A stretch of DNA of 64,000 nt from Fidelibacterota bacterium (GTDB lineage: Bacteria; Fidelibacterota; UBA2242), in contig JBNGDF010000008.1 of NCBI GenBank assembly GCA_049975265.1, positions 32,001 through 96,000 on the forward strand, in the 5' to 3' direction. Below the pieces are notes generated by a model that saw only the letters and a list, made by a program, of their open reading frames with translations, was not told where the DNA came from and did not search any database. The stretch's first letter is position 1, and the number at the start of each line of letters is the position of its first letter. Both the position numbers and the translations under genes were made by a program. Below, one piece after another: positions 48,154-57,284 of this stretch.

Positions 48154-49438
48154 CATTTTGGTACTGGCGGGTGTATTTGTTTTTCTCCTTGTTATCGGCA
48201 CACCAATTTCCTTCAGCATCGGTGTCGCCACGATCTGCACCATGCTGCTGAGCATTCATTCGCTGCCGGCGCTGACCACGGTGGCTCAGCGCATGGCGAC
48301 GGGACTGGACAGTTTTGCGCTGCTGGCGATTCCCTTCTTTGTCCTGTCGGGGCAATTGATGAATCACGGGGGCATTGCCCGGCGTCTGATCAATTTTGCC
48401 AAGGTCCTGGTGGGGCGTCTGCCGGGAGGTCTGGCTTTTGTGAACATCATTGCGGCGATGTTTTTCGGAGCAATTTCCGGTTCGGCGGCGGCAGCGGCGG
48501 CGGCGATCGGCGGTTTTATGGTTCCGATGATGAAAAAAGAGGGCTATGATGAAAATTTCAGTGCGGCGGTGAATATCACCAGCTCTACCACGGGGCTGAT
48601 CATTCCTCCCAGTAATATCCTGATCGTTTACTCACTGGCAAGCGGCGGTGTATCCATTGCGGCTCTCTTCGTTGCGGGGTATCTGCCCGGAATATTGGTG
48701 GGGCTGACGCTGATGGTAGTAGCCGGGTTGATTTCCAAAAAACGCAATTACCCGACGGTGCCCAGGATCGGATTGCTGCAGGCGGTGAAATATTTTCTCG
48801 CTGCAATTCCGAGTCTGCTGTTGATTGTGATTGTCATCGGCGGAATTATCGCCGGATTCTTTACAGCCACCGAGGCCTCGGCGATTGCCGTGCTTTATAC
48901 CTTTGTGCTGTCGGTCCTGATTTATAAGGAGGTGAAGTGGAAACAGATACCGTCAATTTTGCTCTCTACGGTGGGGACGACGGCGATTGTGATGTTGCTG
49001 ATCGGTACCTCCATGAGCATGTCCTGGATTATGTCTTACGAAAATATTCCCCAGAATATCAGCGCGGCGCTGATTGCATTGACCGACAGTAAAATTATTA
49101 TTTTATTGATTATCAATTTGATTCTTCTGCTGGTGGGAACCTTTATGGATATGACGCCGGCGGTGCTGATTTTTACGCCGATATTCCTGCCGGTGGTTAC
49201 ACAGCTGGGCATTCATCCGATCCATTTCGGCATTATGATGGTGCTGAATCTCTGTGTGGGGCTCTGTACCCCGCCGGTGGGATCGGTGCTGTTTATCGGC
49301 TGCGGGATTGCCAATTGCCGGATCGACAAGGTGATTCGACCGCTTCTGCCGCTCTTTCTGGCGATGTTTATTGCGCTGATGTTGATCACCTATATACCGG
49401 AGATCACGATGCTGATACCGCGGGCGTTGGGATATTAA
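48137..49438 (+). CDS. dctM: TRAP transporter large permease
   Basis: LLAIPFF, FGAISGSA, IIPPS, TATEA, HFGI, TPPVG. Confidence 0.95.
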   Translation: MMAAIDILVLAGVFVFLLVIGTPISFSIGVATICTMLLSIHSLPALTTVAQRMATGLDSFALLAIPFFVLSGQLMNHGGIARRLINFAKVLVGRLPGGLAFVNIIAAMFFGAISGSAAAAAAAIGGFMVPMMKKEGYDENFSAAVNITSSTTGLIIPPSNILIVYSLASGGVSIAALFVAGYLPGILVGLTLMVVAGLISKKRNYPTVPRIGLLQAVKYFLAAIPSLLLIVIVIGGIIAGFFTATEASAIAVLYTFVLSVLIYKEVKWKQIPSILLSTVGTTAIVMLLIGTSMSMSWIMSYENIPQNISAALIALTDSKIIILLIINLILLLVGTFMDMTPAVLIFTPIFLPVVTQLGIHPIHFGIMMVLNLCVGLCTPPVGSVLFIGCGIANCRIDKVIRPLLPLFLAMFIALMLITYIPEITMLIPRALGY

Positions 49439-49473
49439 TATGAGTTAAAAATCAAATTAAACGAGGAGTTGGA

Positions 49474-50292
49474 ATGAGTCAGAAAATTACTGAAAGATAT
49501 AATTTTCAAAATAAATGTGCCGTCGTCACCGGCGGTGCGGGGGTGCTGGGCTCCGGTTTTACAAAGGCGCTGCTGGATTGCGGCGCCAATGTGGCGATTC
49601 TGGATTTGAATGCGGATAAAAGCGACGGCTATGGCGAATACGGTGATCGCTTTTTGCCGCTCAAAACCAACGTTCTAGAGAAGGACTCGGTCCAGGCGGC
49701 GGTCAATGATGTAGTGAAGCATTTTGGAGCGGTGGATTTGCTGGTTAATGCGGCGGGCGGCAATCATCCCGATGCCAGCAGCAGCGCTGAGGTTCCTTTT
49801 TTTGATCTGCCTGCCGAGGCGTTAAAGTTCGTGACCGATCTGAACCTGCTGGGTACGATTTTGCCGAGCCAGGTGGTAGGGAAACTCATGGCAGAGCATC
49901 AGCAGGGAGTAATTCTGAACGTTTCTTCCATGAGCGCTTTTCGTCCATTGACCCGGGTGGTCGGCTATTCGGCGGCGAAAGCGGCGGTGAGCAATTTTAC
50001 CCAGTGGCTGGCGGTCTATATGGCGCAGGAGTACTCGCCGAATATCCGGGTGAATGCCCTTGCCCCGGGCTTTTTCCTGACTAAACAGAATGAGTTTTTG
50101 CTGGTTGATAAAGAGACCGGGAAATTGACCGGGCGGGGTCAAAAGATCATTGATCATACACCGATGAGGCGATTCGGGAATCCGGAGGACCTGCTGGGGG
50201 CGCTGCTCTGGCTGTTGTCTGAGGATTCGCAGTTCGTGACCGGAATCGTGCTGCCGATTGACGGCGGTTTTTCCGCATATTGTGGTGTTTAA
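49474..50292 (+). CDS. uxuB: SDR-family D-mannonate oxidoreductase (fructuronate reductase)-like
   Basis: TGGAGVLG, NAAGGNHP, RPLTRVVGYSAAK, APGFFLTKQN, DGGFSAY; substrate inferred from subfamily motifs and context. Confidence 0.8.
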   Translation: MSQKITERYNFQNKCAVVTGGAGVLGSGFTKALLDCGANVAILDLNADKSDGYGEYGDRFLPLKTNVLEKDSVQAAVNDVVKHFGAVDLLVNAAGGNHPDASSSAEVPFFDLPAEALKFVTDLNLLGTILPSQVVGKLMAEHQQGVILNVSSMSAFRPLTRVVGYSAAKAAVSNFTQWLAVYMAQEYSPNIRVNALAPGFFLTKQNEFLLVDKETGKLTGRGQKIIDHTPMRRFGNPEDLLGALLWLLSEDSQFVTGIVLPIDGGFSAYCGV

Positions 50293-50306
50293 CGGAGTAA
50301 AGGAGG

Positions 50307-51770
50307 ATGGATACCGTGAAGCAGTGTCATATTGGTTTAATCGGACTGGCGGTCATGGGTGAAAACCTGGTGCTCAATATGGAGCGTAACGGCTTTTCCG
50401 TAGCGGTTTTCAACCGGACCGTGAGCAAAGTCGATAGATTTTTGGCAGACCGGGCGAAAGGCAGGAATATCGTCGGGTGCCACAGCATTGAGGAGCTGGT
50501 GGCGAATCTCGAACGTCCCCGGGAAATTATGCTGCTGGTGAAAGCCGGCAAACCGGTGGATGATTTTATTGAAAAGTTGCTGCCGCACCTGGAAAAAGGC
50601 GACATCATTATCGACGGCGGCAACAGTTACTTCTCCGATACGATTCGGCGAACAAAATATGTAGAGAGCAAGGGCTTGCTGTACATCGGGACCGGTGTTT
50701 CCGGTGGTGAAGAGGGTGCCTTAAACGGACCTTCCATTATGCCGGGCGGGTCGCCGGCTGCCTGGTCGCATGTGAAGCCGATTTTCCAGAAAATCGCGGC
50801 GAAAGTAGCCGACGGATCACCCTGCTGCGAATGGGTCGGCGACAATGGCGCCGGGCATTTTGTGAAAATGGTGCATAACGGGATTGAATATGGTGATATG
50901 CAAATGATCAGCGAATCTTACTGGATCATGAAAAATGCCCTCGGTTTGACCTATGATGAGATGCAGGCGATTTTCGAAAAGTGGAACCAGGGAGAACTGA
51001 ACAGTTACCTGATTGAGATCACAGCTGCGATCATGGGCAAAAAGGACCCGGAGACTGGTAAACCGATGCTGGAAGTCATTATGGATCGAGCCGGTCAGAA
51101 GGGCACCGGACGCTGGACCAGCCTGGAGGCGTTGAATCTGGGCGTACCGGCTCCGACGGTGGTGGAGGCGGTGCTGGCGCGGGCGATGAGCGCCATAAAG
51201 GAAGAGCGCGTTGCCGCGGCTCAGGTATTGAGCGGACCACGGATGAAATTTAGTGCTGAAAAGAACGCATTTATCGAGAAGATTCGGCGGGCGCTGTATG
51301 CCTCGAAAATCTGCTCCTATGCGCAGGGATATCAGCTGATGAGAGCGGCGGCTGAGGAGTACAAATGGGACCTGAAGTATGGTGAAATCGCTCTGATGTG
51401 GCGGGGCGGCTGCATTATCCGGGCGCAGTTTCTGGGGCGCATCAAGGAGGCTTATGATAAGAATCCTGGCTTGCAGAATCTGTTGCTGGATGATTATTTC
51501 AAAGCCGCCATCGATGAAAACCAGGCTGCCTGGCGGGAGGTCATTGCCCAGGCGGTAGCGCTGGGTATTCCGGTACCGGCGTTCAGCAGTGCGCTGGCGT
51601 ATTATGACGGTTACCGCAGCGAACGACTTCCGGCAAATCTCCTGCAGGCACAGCGCGACTATTTTGGTGCTCATACGTATGAGCGGGTGGACAAGCCGCG
51701 GGGTGAATTTTTTCACACCGACTGGACCGGTCACGGCGGCAAGACCGCATCGACAACCTATAACGTGTAA
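50307..51770 (+). CDS. gndA: 6-phosphogluconate dehydrogenase (decarboxylating, NADP)
   Basis: [50 protein letters not shown]. Confidence 0.97.
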   Translation: MDTVKQCHIGLIGLAVMGENLVLNMERNGFSVAVFNRTVSKVDRFLADRAKGRNIVGCHSIEELVANLERPREIMLLVKAGKPVDDFIEKLLPHLEKGDIIIDGGNSYFSDTIRRTKYVESKGLLYIGTGVSGGEEGALNGPSIMPGGSPAAWSHVKPIFQKIAAKVADGSPCCEWVGDNGAGHFVKMVHNGIEYGDMQMISESYWIMKNALGLTYDEMQAIFEKWNQGELNSYLIEITAAIMGKKDPETGKPMLEVIMDRAGQKGTGRWTSLEALNLGVPAPTVVEAVLARAMSAIKEERVAAAQVLSGPRMKFSAEKNAFIEKIRRALYASKICSYAQGYQLMRAAAEEYKWDLKYGEIALMWRGGCIIRAQFLGRIKEAYDKNPGLQNLLLDDYFKAAIDENQAAWREVIAQAVALGIPVPAFSSALAYYDGYRSERLPANLLQAQRDYFGAHTYERVDKPRGEFFHTDWTGHGGKTASTTYNV

Positions 51771-51786
51771 CACTACAGGAGGAATA

Positions 51787-52554
51787 ATGTCCGGAATACT
51801 GGATAAATTTCGGCTGGACGGTAAGGTGGCGATCGTCACCGGCGCCAGCCGCGGACTGGGGCAGGGAATCGCCATCGGTCTGGCGGAGGCGGGCGCCGAT
51901 CTTGCGCTGGTGGATATCCTGGAAATGGAAAATACAAAAAAAGCCATCGAAGAAACCGGCAGAGACGCCGTTTCAATTCACGCCGATCTGTCTTCCATTG
52001 ACAGTGTAAAATCCATCGTGGAAAAAACGGTGGCGGAATTTGGGAAAATTGATATTCTGGTGAACAATGCTGGCATCATCCGACGGGCGCCGCTGGTGGA
52101 GTTTACCGAAAAGGATTGGGATGATGTCATTAACATTAATCAGAAAACCCTGTTTTTCCTGAGTCAGGCGGTGGCAAGGGTGATGATTGCAAAGGGCAAC
52201 GGCGGGAAAATCATCAATACCGCCTCGATGCTCTCCTTTCAGGGCGGCATTCGGGTCCCCTCTTATACCGCTTCAAAAAGCGCCGTCATGGGATTGACCC
52301 GCCTGATGGCGAACGAGCTGGCGCCCTACGGAATCAATGTGAATGCCATTGCCCCCGGCTATATGGCGACGGACAATACGGCGCCGCTACGTGCCGATGC
52401 GACGCGCAGCCGGGAAATTCTCAGTCGTATTCCGGCGGGACGCTGGGGTACCCCGGAAGACCTGCAGGGTGTGGCGGTTTTTCTGGCGTCAGCCGCTTCG
52501 GACTACATGCAGGGCTATACCGTGGCGGTTGACGGAGGCTGGTTGGCGAGGTAG
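51787..52554 (+). CDS. kduD: 2-dehydro-3-deoxy-D-gluconate 5-dehydrogenase
   Basis: ASMLSFQGGIRVPSYTASKS, NAIAPGYMATDNT, VDGGWLAR; AGGAGG RBS before ATG 51787. Confidence 0.95.
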   Translation: MSGILDKFRLDGKVAIVTGASRGLGQGIAIGLAEAGADLALVDILEMENTKKAIEETGRDAVSIHADLSSIDSVKSIVEKTVAEFGKIDILVNNAGIIRRAPLVEFTEKDWDDVININQKTLFFLSQAVARVMIAKGNGGKIINTASMLSFQGGIRVPSYTASKSAVMGLTRLMANELAPYGINVNAIAPGYMATDNTAPLRADATRSREILSRIPAGRWGTPEDLQGVAVFLASAASDYMQGYTVAVDGGWLAR

Positions 52555-52557
52555 GAG

Positions 52558-53778
52558 ATGTTGAACATACAGACAGTGCGTTCTATCATTACGAAAGCCT
52601 TCAATGACTGGCAGATTTACGGCAGGCGGGTGCTTTTTATTATTCCCGATAATTCCCGCACCGCACCAATTGATTGGATTTTCCGGATTATTTACGAGCA
52701 ATTGAGAGAACGCGCCGCGACGATTGACTTCCTGATTGCGTTGGGAACCCATCCGCCGCTAAGAGAGGAGCAGATTTACAAACGGGTTGGCATAACCCGG
52801 GAAGAGCGGCACCGGGATTTTTCCAAAGCCCGATTTTTTAACCACCACTGGAAAGATCCGCAGCAGCTGATGACGATCGGGATACTTGCCGCGGAAGATG
52901 TGGAAACACTCTCTGAAGGACGGCTGTCAGACTCCGTGCCGGTCACCATCAACCGTCTGATTCAGCATTACGAAATGCTGGTGGTGATTGGTCCGGTTTT
53001 TCCCCATGAGGTGGTGGGCTTTTCGGGTGGGAATAAATACTTTTTCCCGGGTATTTCCGGTCCCGAAATCATTGATCTGTTTCATTGGCTGGGGGCGCTG
53101 ATTACTAACCAGAAAATCATCGGTATCAAGCATACGCCGGTGCGGGCGGTGGTGGATGCTGCCGCACAGTTGATCCCGGCGGAACGCCGCTGTTTTGCTT
53201 TAGTAATGAAGCAGGACGGTCTCAGCGGAATGTTCGCCGGTACACCCGAGGAAGCCTGGTCCCGGGCGGCGGACCTGTCGGCGCAGGAGAATATTGTGTA
53301 TGTGGATGCTCCGTTTCAAACGGTTCTGTCCCGGGCACCGGAGATGTACGAGGACCTTTGGACCGGCGGGAAGTGCATGTACAAACTGGAACCGGTGGTG
53401 GCTGACGGCGGTGAATTGATCATCTATGCACCGCATATTCGCGAAGTATCGGTCACACATGGTGAGATTATCCGGCAGGTGGGCTATCATGTCCGGGATT
53501 TTTTTACCGGGCAGTGGGAAAAATACCGCCGCTTTTCCGGTGGTATCCTGGCGCACTGTACCCATGTCAAGGGTGCGGGTGAATATGTAGATGGCGTTGA
53601 AAAACCGCGGATCAAGGTAACCCTCGCTACAGGAATTTCGAAACAAATCTGTCACACCATCAATCTCGGATACTGCGATCCGCAATCAATCCGGATAGCG
53701 GATTTTCAGAATCGGGAGAAAGACGGGATTTTGTATGTGCCGAAAGCGGGGGAAAGGCTGTATCGATTAATAAAATGA
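52558..53778 (+). CDS. LarA-family (nickel-pincer-dependent) hydroxyacid racemase/epimerase
   Basis: PDNSRT, IALGTH, FPHEVVGFSGGNKYFFPG, LFHW correspond to the LarA D..R, His, His/Lys and His motifs. Confidence 0.85.
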   Translation: MLNIQTVRSIITKAFNDWQIYGRRVLFIIPDNSRTAPIDWIFRIIYEQLRERAATIDFLIALGTHPPLREEQIYKRVGITREERHRDFSKARFFNHHWKDPQQLMTIGILAAEDVETLSEGRLSDSVPVTINRLIQHYEMLVVIGPVFPHEVVGFSGGNKYFFPGISGPEIIDLFHWLGALITNQKIIGIKHTPVRAVVDAAAQLIPAERRCFALVMKQDGLSGMFAGTPEEAWSRAADLSAQENIVYVDAPFQTVLSRAPEMYEDLWTGGKCMYKLEPVVADGGELIIYAPHIREVSVTHGEIIRQVGYHVRDFFTGQWEKYRRFSGGILAHCTHVKGAGEYVDGVEKPRIKVTLATGISKQICHTINLGYCDPQSIRIADFQNREKDGILYVPKAGERLYRLIK

Positions 53779-53806
53779 ATATGAAAATAATAAACCGGAG
53801 ATAACG

Positions 53807-54886
53807 ATGAGTATTACACTTCGAAATGAATGTAGATGGTCACTGATCGTGCCGACCAGTATGGGCGTGCGGATTACACCGGTGGACCAGCAACCGGTCC
53901 AATCGGGCAATCTTTTTATAATGCAGGCGACGAGTGCTGAATCCAACGTCGCGAGCATCTCATCCTATCTGGGCTTGCCGGTGAAGGTTCTAACCGCGTT
54001 TGTGGCGGGGAGCCCGATTGCGAAATTTATCAAGAGTAATCTGAGAAGTCGCATGATGGAGTTTGAAGGACCGGATGTTCCGCAGGGCGGACCCTGGGGA
54101 TTCCGTCACCAATTCAATATCGCCGACAGCGGGTGCGGCTCCCGCGGACCCCGGGTACACAACGACCGCGCCGGGGAAGTCGGCAGGACGCTGAATGCGA
54201 AGGATTTCGATCTGGAAAGGATTTTTGCAAAAGAAGGTGCCCAAATTATTCATCTGTCCGGCTTGATCGCTGCTCTATCGCCGGAAACCGGGCAATTCTG
54301 TCTCGAATTGGCAAGAATGGCGAAAAAACATGACTGCCGGATCAGTTTCGATCTGAATTACCGCGCTTCGTTCTGGAAAAATCGTGAAAGTGATCTTGGG
54401 GAAATTTTCAGTGAAATTGCCGGAATTTCCGATATTTTAGTTGGCAATGAAGAGGATTTTCAACTCTGTCTGGGCATTGCCGGTCCGGAAGCGGGTGGCA
54501 AAGACCTGGCGGGGAAAATTGACGGCTTCAAAGAGATGATCGGGCGGGTTAAAAAAACCTATACCAATGCGACCGTCTTTGCCACGACATTGCGTGAAGT
54601 GGTGGATGCCAACCATCATCTTTGGGGTGCCATTATGCTGGAAGGCGATAACTGGCATGTCGTTGAACCGCGACCGATTACTGTGCTGGACCGGATTGGC
54701 GGTGGCGACGGTTTTGTTGGCGGACTATTATACGGAATTCTGAAAGGCTGGGCACCGGAGAAGTGGATGCAGTTTGGATGGGCAACCGGCGTACTGGCGA
54801 CGACGATGCTGACCGACTACACCCAGCCGGCTGACGAAGAACAGGTCTGGAGTATCTGGGAAGGTAATGCCCGTGTGAAACGGTGA
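53807..54886 (+). CDS. Second PfkB-family sugar-acid kinase (KdgK-like, divergent)
   Basis: SFDLNYRASFW, GNEEDFQ, DRIGGGDGF; atypical N-terminus PTSMGVR/TSAESNVA. Confidence 0.88.
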   Translation: MSITLRNECRWSLIVPTSMGVRITPVDQQPVQSGNLFIMQATSAESNVASISSYLGLPVKVLTAFVAGSPIAKFIKSNLRSRMMEFEGPDVPQGGPWGFRHQFNIADSGCGSRGPRVHNDRAGEVGRTLNAKDFDLERIFAKEGAQIIHLSGLIAALSPETGQFCLELARMAKKHDCRISFDLNYRASFWKNRESDLGEIFSEIAGISDILVGNEEDFQLCLGIAGPEAGGKDLAGKIDGFKEMIGRVKKTYTNATVFATTLREVVDANHHLWGAIMLEGDNWHVVEPRPITVLDRIGGGDGFVGGLLYGILKGWAPEKWMQFGWATGVLATTMLTDYTQPADEEQVWSIWEGNARVKR

Positions 54887-54937
54887 GAATCGGGGCGGAG
54901 ATACCGGTCCGGGCAGAGCCGTTGGAAACAGGGGGTA

Positions 54938-55058
54938 TCAGTATTGATAATGCGTCCACATCCGGATAATTTTAACGATTCTTTCCTTTTCGTCACGCCT
55001 GACTTTATTTTTTAACGTCTTTTTGCGCCTGTCTGGTGTAAACCGGTTTCCAATTCAC
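54938..55058 (-). pseudogene. yoeB: Txe/YoeB-family toxin remnant
   Basis: GTG start overlapping antitoxin stop, MNWKPVYTRQAQKDVKK then TAA (55007-55005); C-terminal DEKERIVKIIRMWTHYQY in another frame; only 121 bp remain. Confidence 0.8.
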
Positions 55059-55297
55059 CAATCGAGTTCCTCGCTGCATTCACTGACCGATGTTCCAAAG
55101 TCTTTTTCAATTGACTCCCGCATACCGGGAATCGAAATCAGATAGAGTGTCTCCTGCACAGCCCGCCAATCGTCTTCGGAAGTGAGAGTAGCATTATTCT
55201 TATTTCCGGTGATCCGGATCGGTTCGTGAGCCTCGGAAGTTTCGTTGATTAACCTGTACAGGTTTTTACGGGCGTTGGTTGCGTTGGTTGTCTTTAT
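55055..55297 (-). pseudogene. yefM: Phd/YefM-family antitoxin, start codon degraded to ATA
   Basis: Manual translation (I)KTTNATNARKNLYRLINETSEAHEPIRITGNKNNATLTSEDDWRAVQETLYLISIPGMRESIEKDFGTSVSECSEELDW; no in-frame ATG/GTG/TTG back to the upstream stop. Confidence 0.82.
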
Positions 55298-55392
55298 AAA
55301 TACCCCATGAATTTTTCGATCATGGTGGTGGTACGGAATGGATACCCGGAATGAGATTCAAAGGGTGATAGAGCCGGAGTTCAGCGCGGGGG

Positions 55393-56043
55393 TTATTTTT
55401 GGATAACCAGAATTCTGGAGCCGGTTTTCTGCAAAGCCTCCTGACGCAAGCCGGCTTCAATCGCCATGGTGTATTGAGCCTGCAAATCTGCGAGGCTTTG
55501 GGTACCCTTGCTTTGCTGATCGAGTATACCGTCGGCATTTTGATCAATCGCCACAGCAACTACCGGATTTTGTTTTGCATATCGACGACGGACCTTGAAT
55601 TCATTAAAAGGCAGGGCGTTTTCCGGGCGAAAGCTCTTGATCTCCAACAGAAAGCCCTGACTTTCGACGATAAAACGGTGGTTTTGCGGATTGCGTTCCT
55701 GAATCCTGTTTTTCCGGCTTAGATCATTGATCCCATGTTCATAAATTTGCTGAATTTCATGAAGATTACCTTTTCCGACAGTAATCCGGTCCAACACACC
55801 GTCCTGGTCGTAGTCCACCGCCAGAAAATCCTCAGCAATCAGTTCATTACTGGAGAGGTTATCATCCGCGGAATCGATGGATCGAATCCTGTACACTTCA
55901 TTGTTGAGTTCGAATTGATATTGATAAATCCGGAAAGTGGGAGTCTCACTGGCACAGCCCGACAGGAGTAGTAACACCAGTATCAAGCCGGGTCGGACGG
56001 TCTGAGTCGAATGATACCGGGTGATGTTCGTCTTAAATGTCAT
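55393..56043 (-). CDS. Hypothetical lipoprotein with two DxDxDG-like motifs
   Basis: GGAGG RBS before ATG 56043, lipobox LSGC, motifs AVDYDQDGVLD and AIDQNADGILD. Confidence 0.75.
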   Translation of the reverse strand: MTFKTNITRYHSTQTVRPGLILVLLLLSGCASETPTFRIYQYQFELNNEVYRIRSIDSADDNLSSNELIAEDFLAVDYDQDGVLDRITVGKGNLHEIQQIYEHGINDLSRKNRIQERNPQNHRFIVESQGFLLEIKSFRPENALPFNEFKVRRRYAKQNPVVAVAIDQNADGILDQQSKGTQSLADLQAQYTMAIEAGLRQEALQKTGSRILVIQK

Positions 56044-56182
56044 AAAACCCTCCACATATACATGGATAATATATGAAACGCCGATGACATGGTAAATAGC
56101 GCCGGCGGAACTGAAATCAGGCTTGAGGGTACCACTGTCAATCGGGCTTCCGGAATTTGGTAGCTTGTACCGATGGCGGGTC

Positions 56183-57274
56183 TTATAGGCGTTTTGTAGA
56201 ATTTTTATGGAAAAAATGGATGTGCTCAGGATCGACGAAGAGATCGATCTGATCGTTGCAGGCGGTATCGGGCAGATACTCTTTAGTGACACAAATCAGA
56301 CTTTGAGGGCCGAGTTTCAGATATAGAATCGATTCGCTTCCTAATGGTTCTACCAGTTCCAGATTCGCCCGGATTCTGAAATCACCTTTCGAGTTGCGCC
56401 GGATACTGAAATCCTCCGGGCGGATACCCAATACGACCTCGTAACCGGACTGGTTTTGCAACCGGTCTGCGACCCGCTGGGGAATCGGCAGGGTGATGTT
56501 GGTATCACCGGAGTGGAGTTGCTTGTCGCTGGTGACGGTTGCGGCAATAAAGTTCATCGCCGGACTACCGATAAAACCGGCGACAAAAAGATCAGCAGGC
56601 TCCTTATAGATGTTAATAGGTGTGTCCAGCTGGTGAATGACACCCGTTTTCATCACTGCAATCCGACTGCCCATGGTCATGGCTTCGACCTGATCATGGG
56701 TGACATAGATCATGGTGGTTGCCAGACGTTGATGCAGCTTTTTGATCTCAGTCCGCATCTGAACCCGCAACTTGGCATCGAGATTGGAAAGCGGTTCGTC
56801 AAAGAGAAAAACCTTTGGTTTGCGAACAATGGCACGACCGAGGGCGACCCGTTGGCGCTGACCCCCGGAGAGCTGTTTCGGTTTGCGGTCCAGCAATTCG
56901 GTTATTTCCAGAATATCGGCGGCTTCCCGGACTCGCCCTTGTATATCCTTTTTGGGATATTTGCGCAGTTTGAGCCCGAACGCCATGTTGTCAAAAACGG
57001 TCATATGTGGATAAAGAGCATAGTTCTGAAAGACCATGGCGATGTCCCGGTCTTTAGGAGGAATGTTATTGACCAATTTGCCGGCGATATAGATTTCACC
57101 GGCGGTCACTTCTTCCAGCCCGGCAATCATGCGCAGGGTTGTGGATTTTCCGCAACCCGAAGGTCCTACCAGTACGAGGAACTCCCCATCCTGAACATTC
57201 AGAAACAGGTTGTCAATCACCGGTTTGTTGGTACCAAATTGCTTTCTGATGTTTTTGAGTTCGATCGCTGACAT
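56183..57274 (-). CDS. Sugar ABC transporter ATP-binding protein (MalK/MsiK/UgpC family)
   Basis: GPSGCGKS, FQNYALYPH, LSGGQRQR, FDEPLSNLD, TOBE-like C-terminus. Confidence 0.96.
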   Translation of the reverse strand: MSAIELKNIRKQFGTNKPVIDNLFLNVQDGEFLVLVGPSGCGKSTTLRMIAGLEEVTAGEIYIAGKLVNNIPPKDRDIAMVFQNYALYPHMTVFDNMAFGLKLRKYPKKDIQGRVREAADILEITELLDRKPKQLSGGQRQRVALGRAIVRKPKVFLFDEPLSNLDAKLRVQMRTEIKKLHQRLATTMIYVTHDQVEAMTMGSRIAVMKTGVIHQLDTPINIYKEPADLFVAGFIGSPAMNFIAATVTSDKQLHSGDTNITLPIPQRVADRLQNQSGYEVVLGIRPEDFSIRRNSKGDFRIRANLELVEPLGSESILYLKLGPQSLICVTKEYLPDTACNDQIDLFVDPEHIHFFHKNSTKRL

Positions 57275-57284
57275 TTTTTTCTCG

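Noticed and set aside
56044..56292. Extended N-termini given by the ORF track (also 27078, 51589, 20637, 40125)
   Set aside because: They overlap neighbouring genes or lack an RBS; downstream ATGs with SD and/or signal peptides fit better
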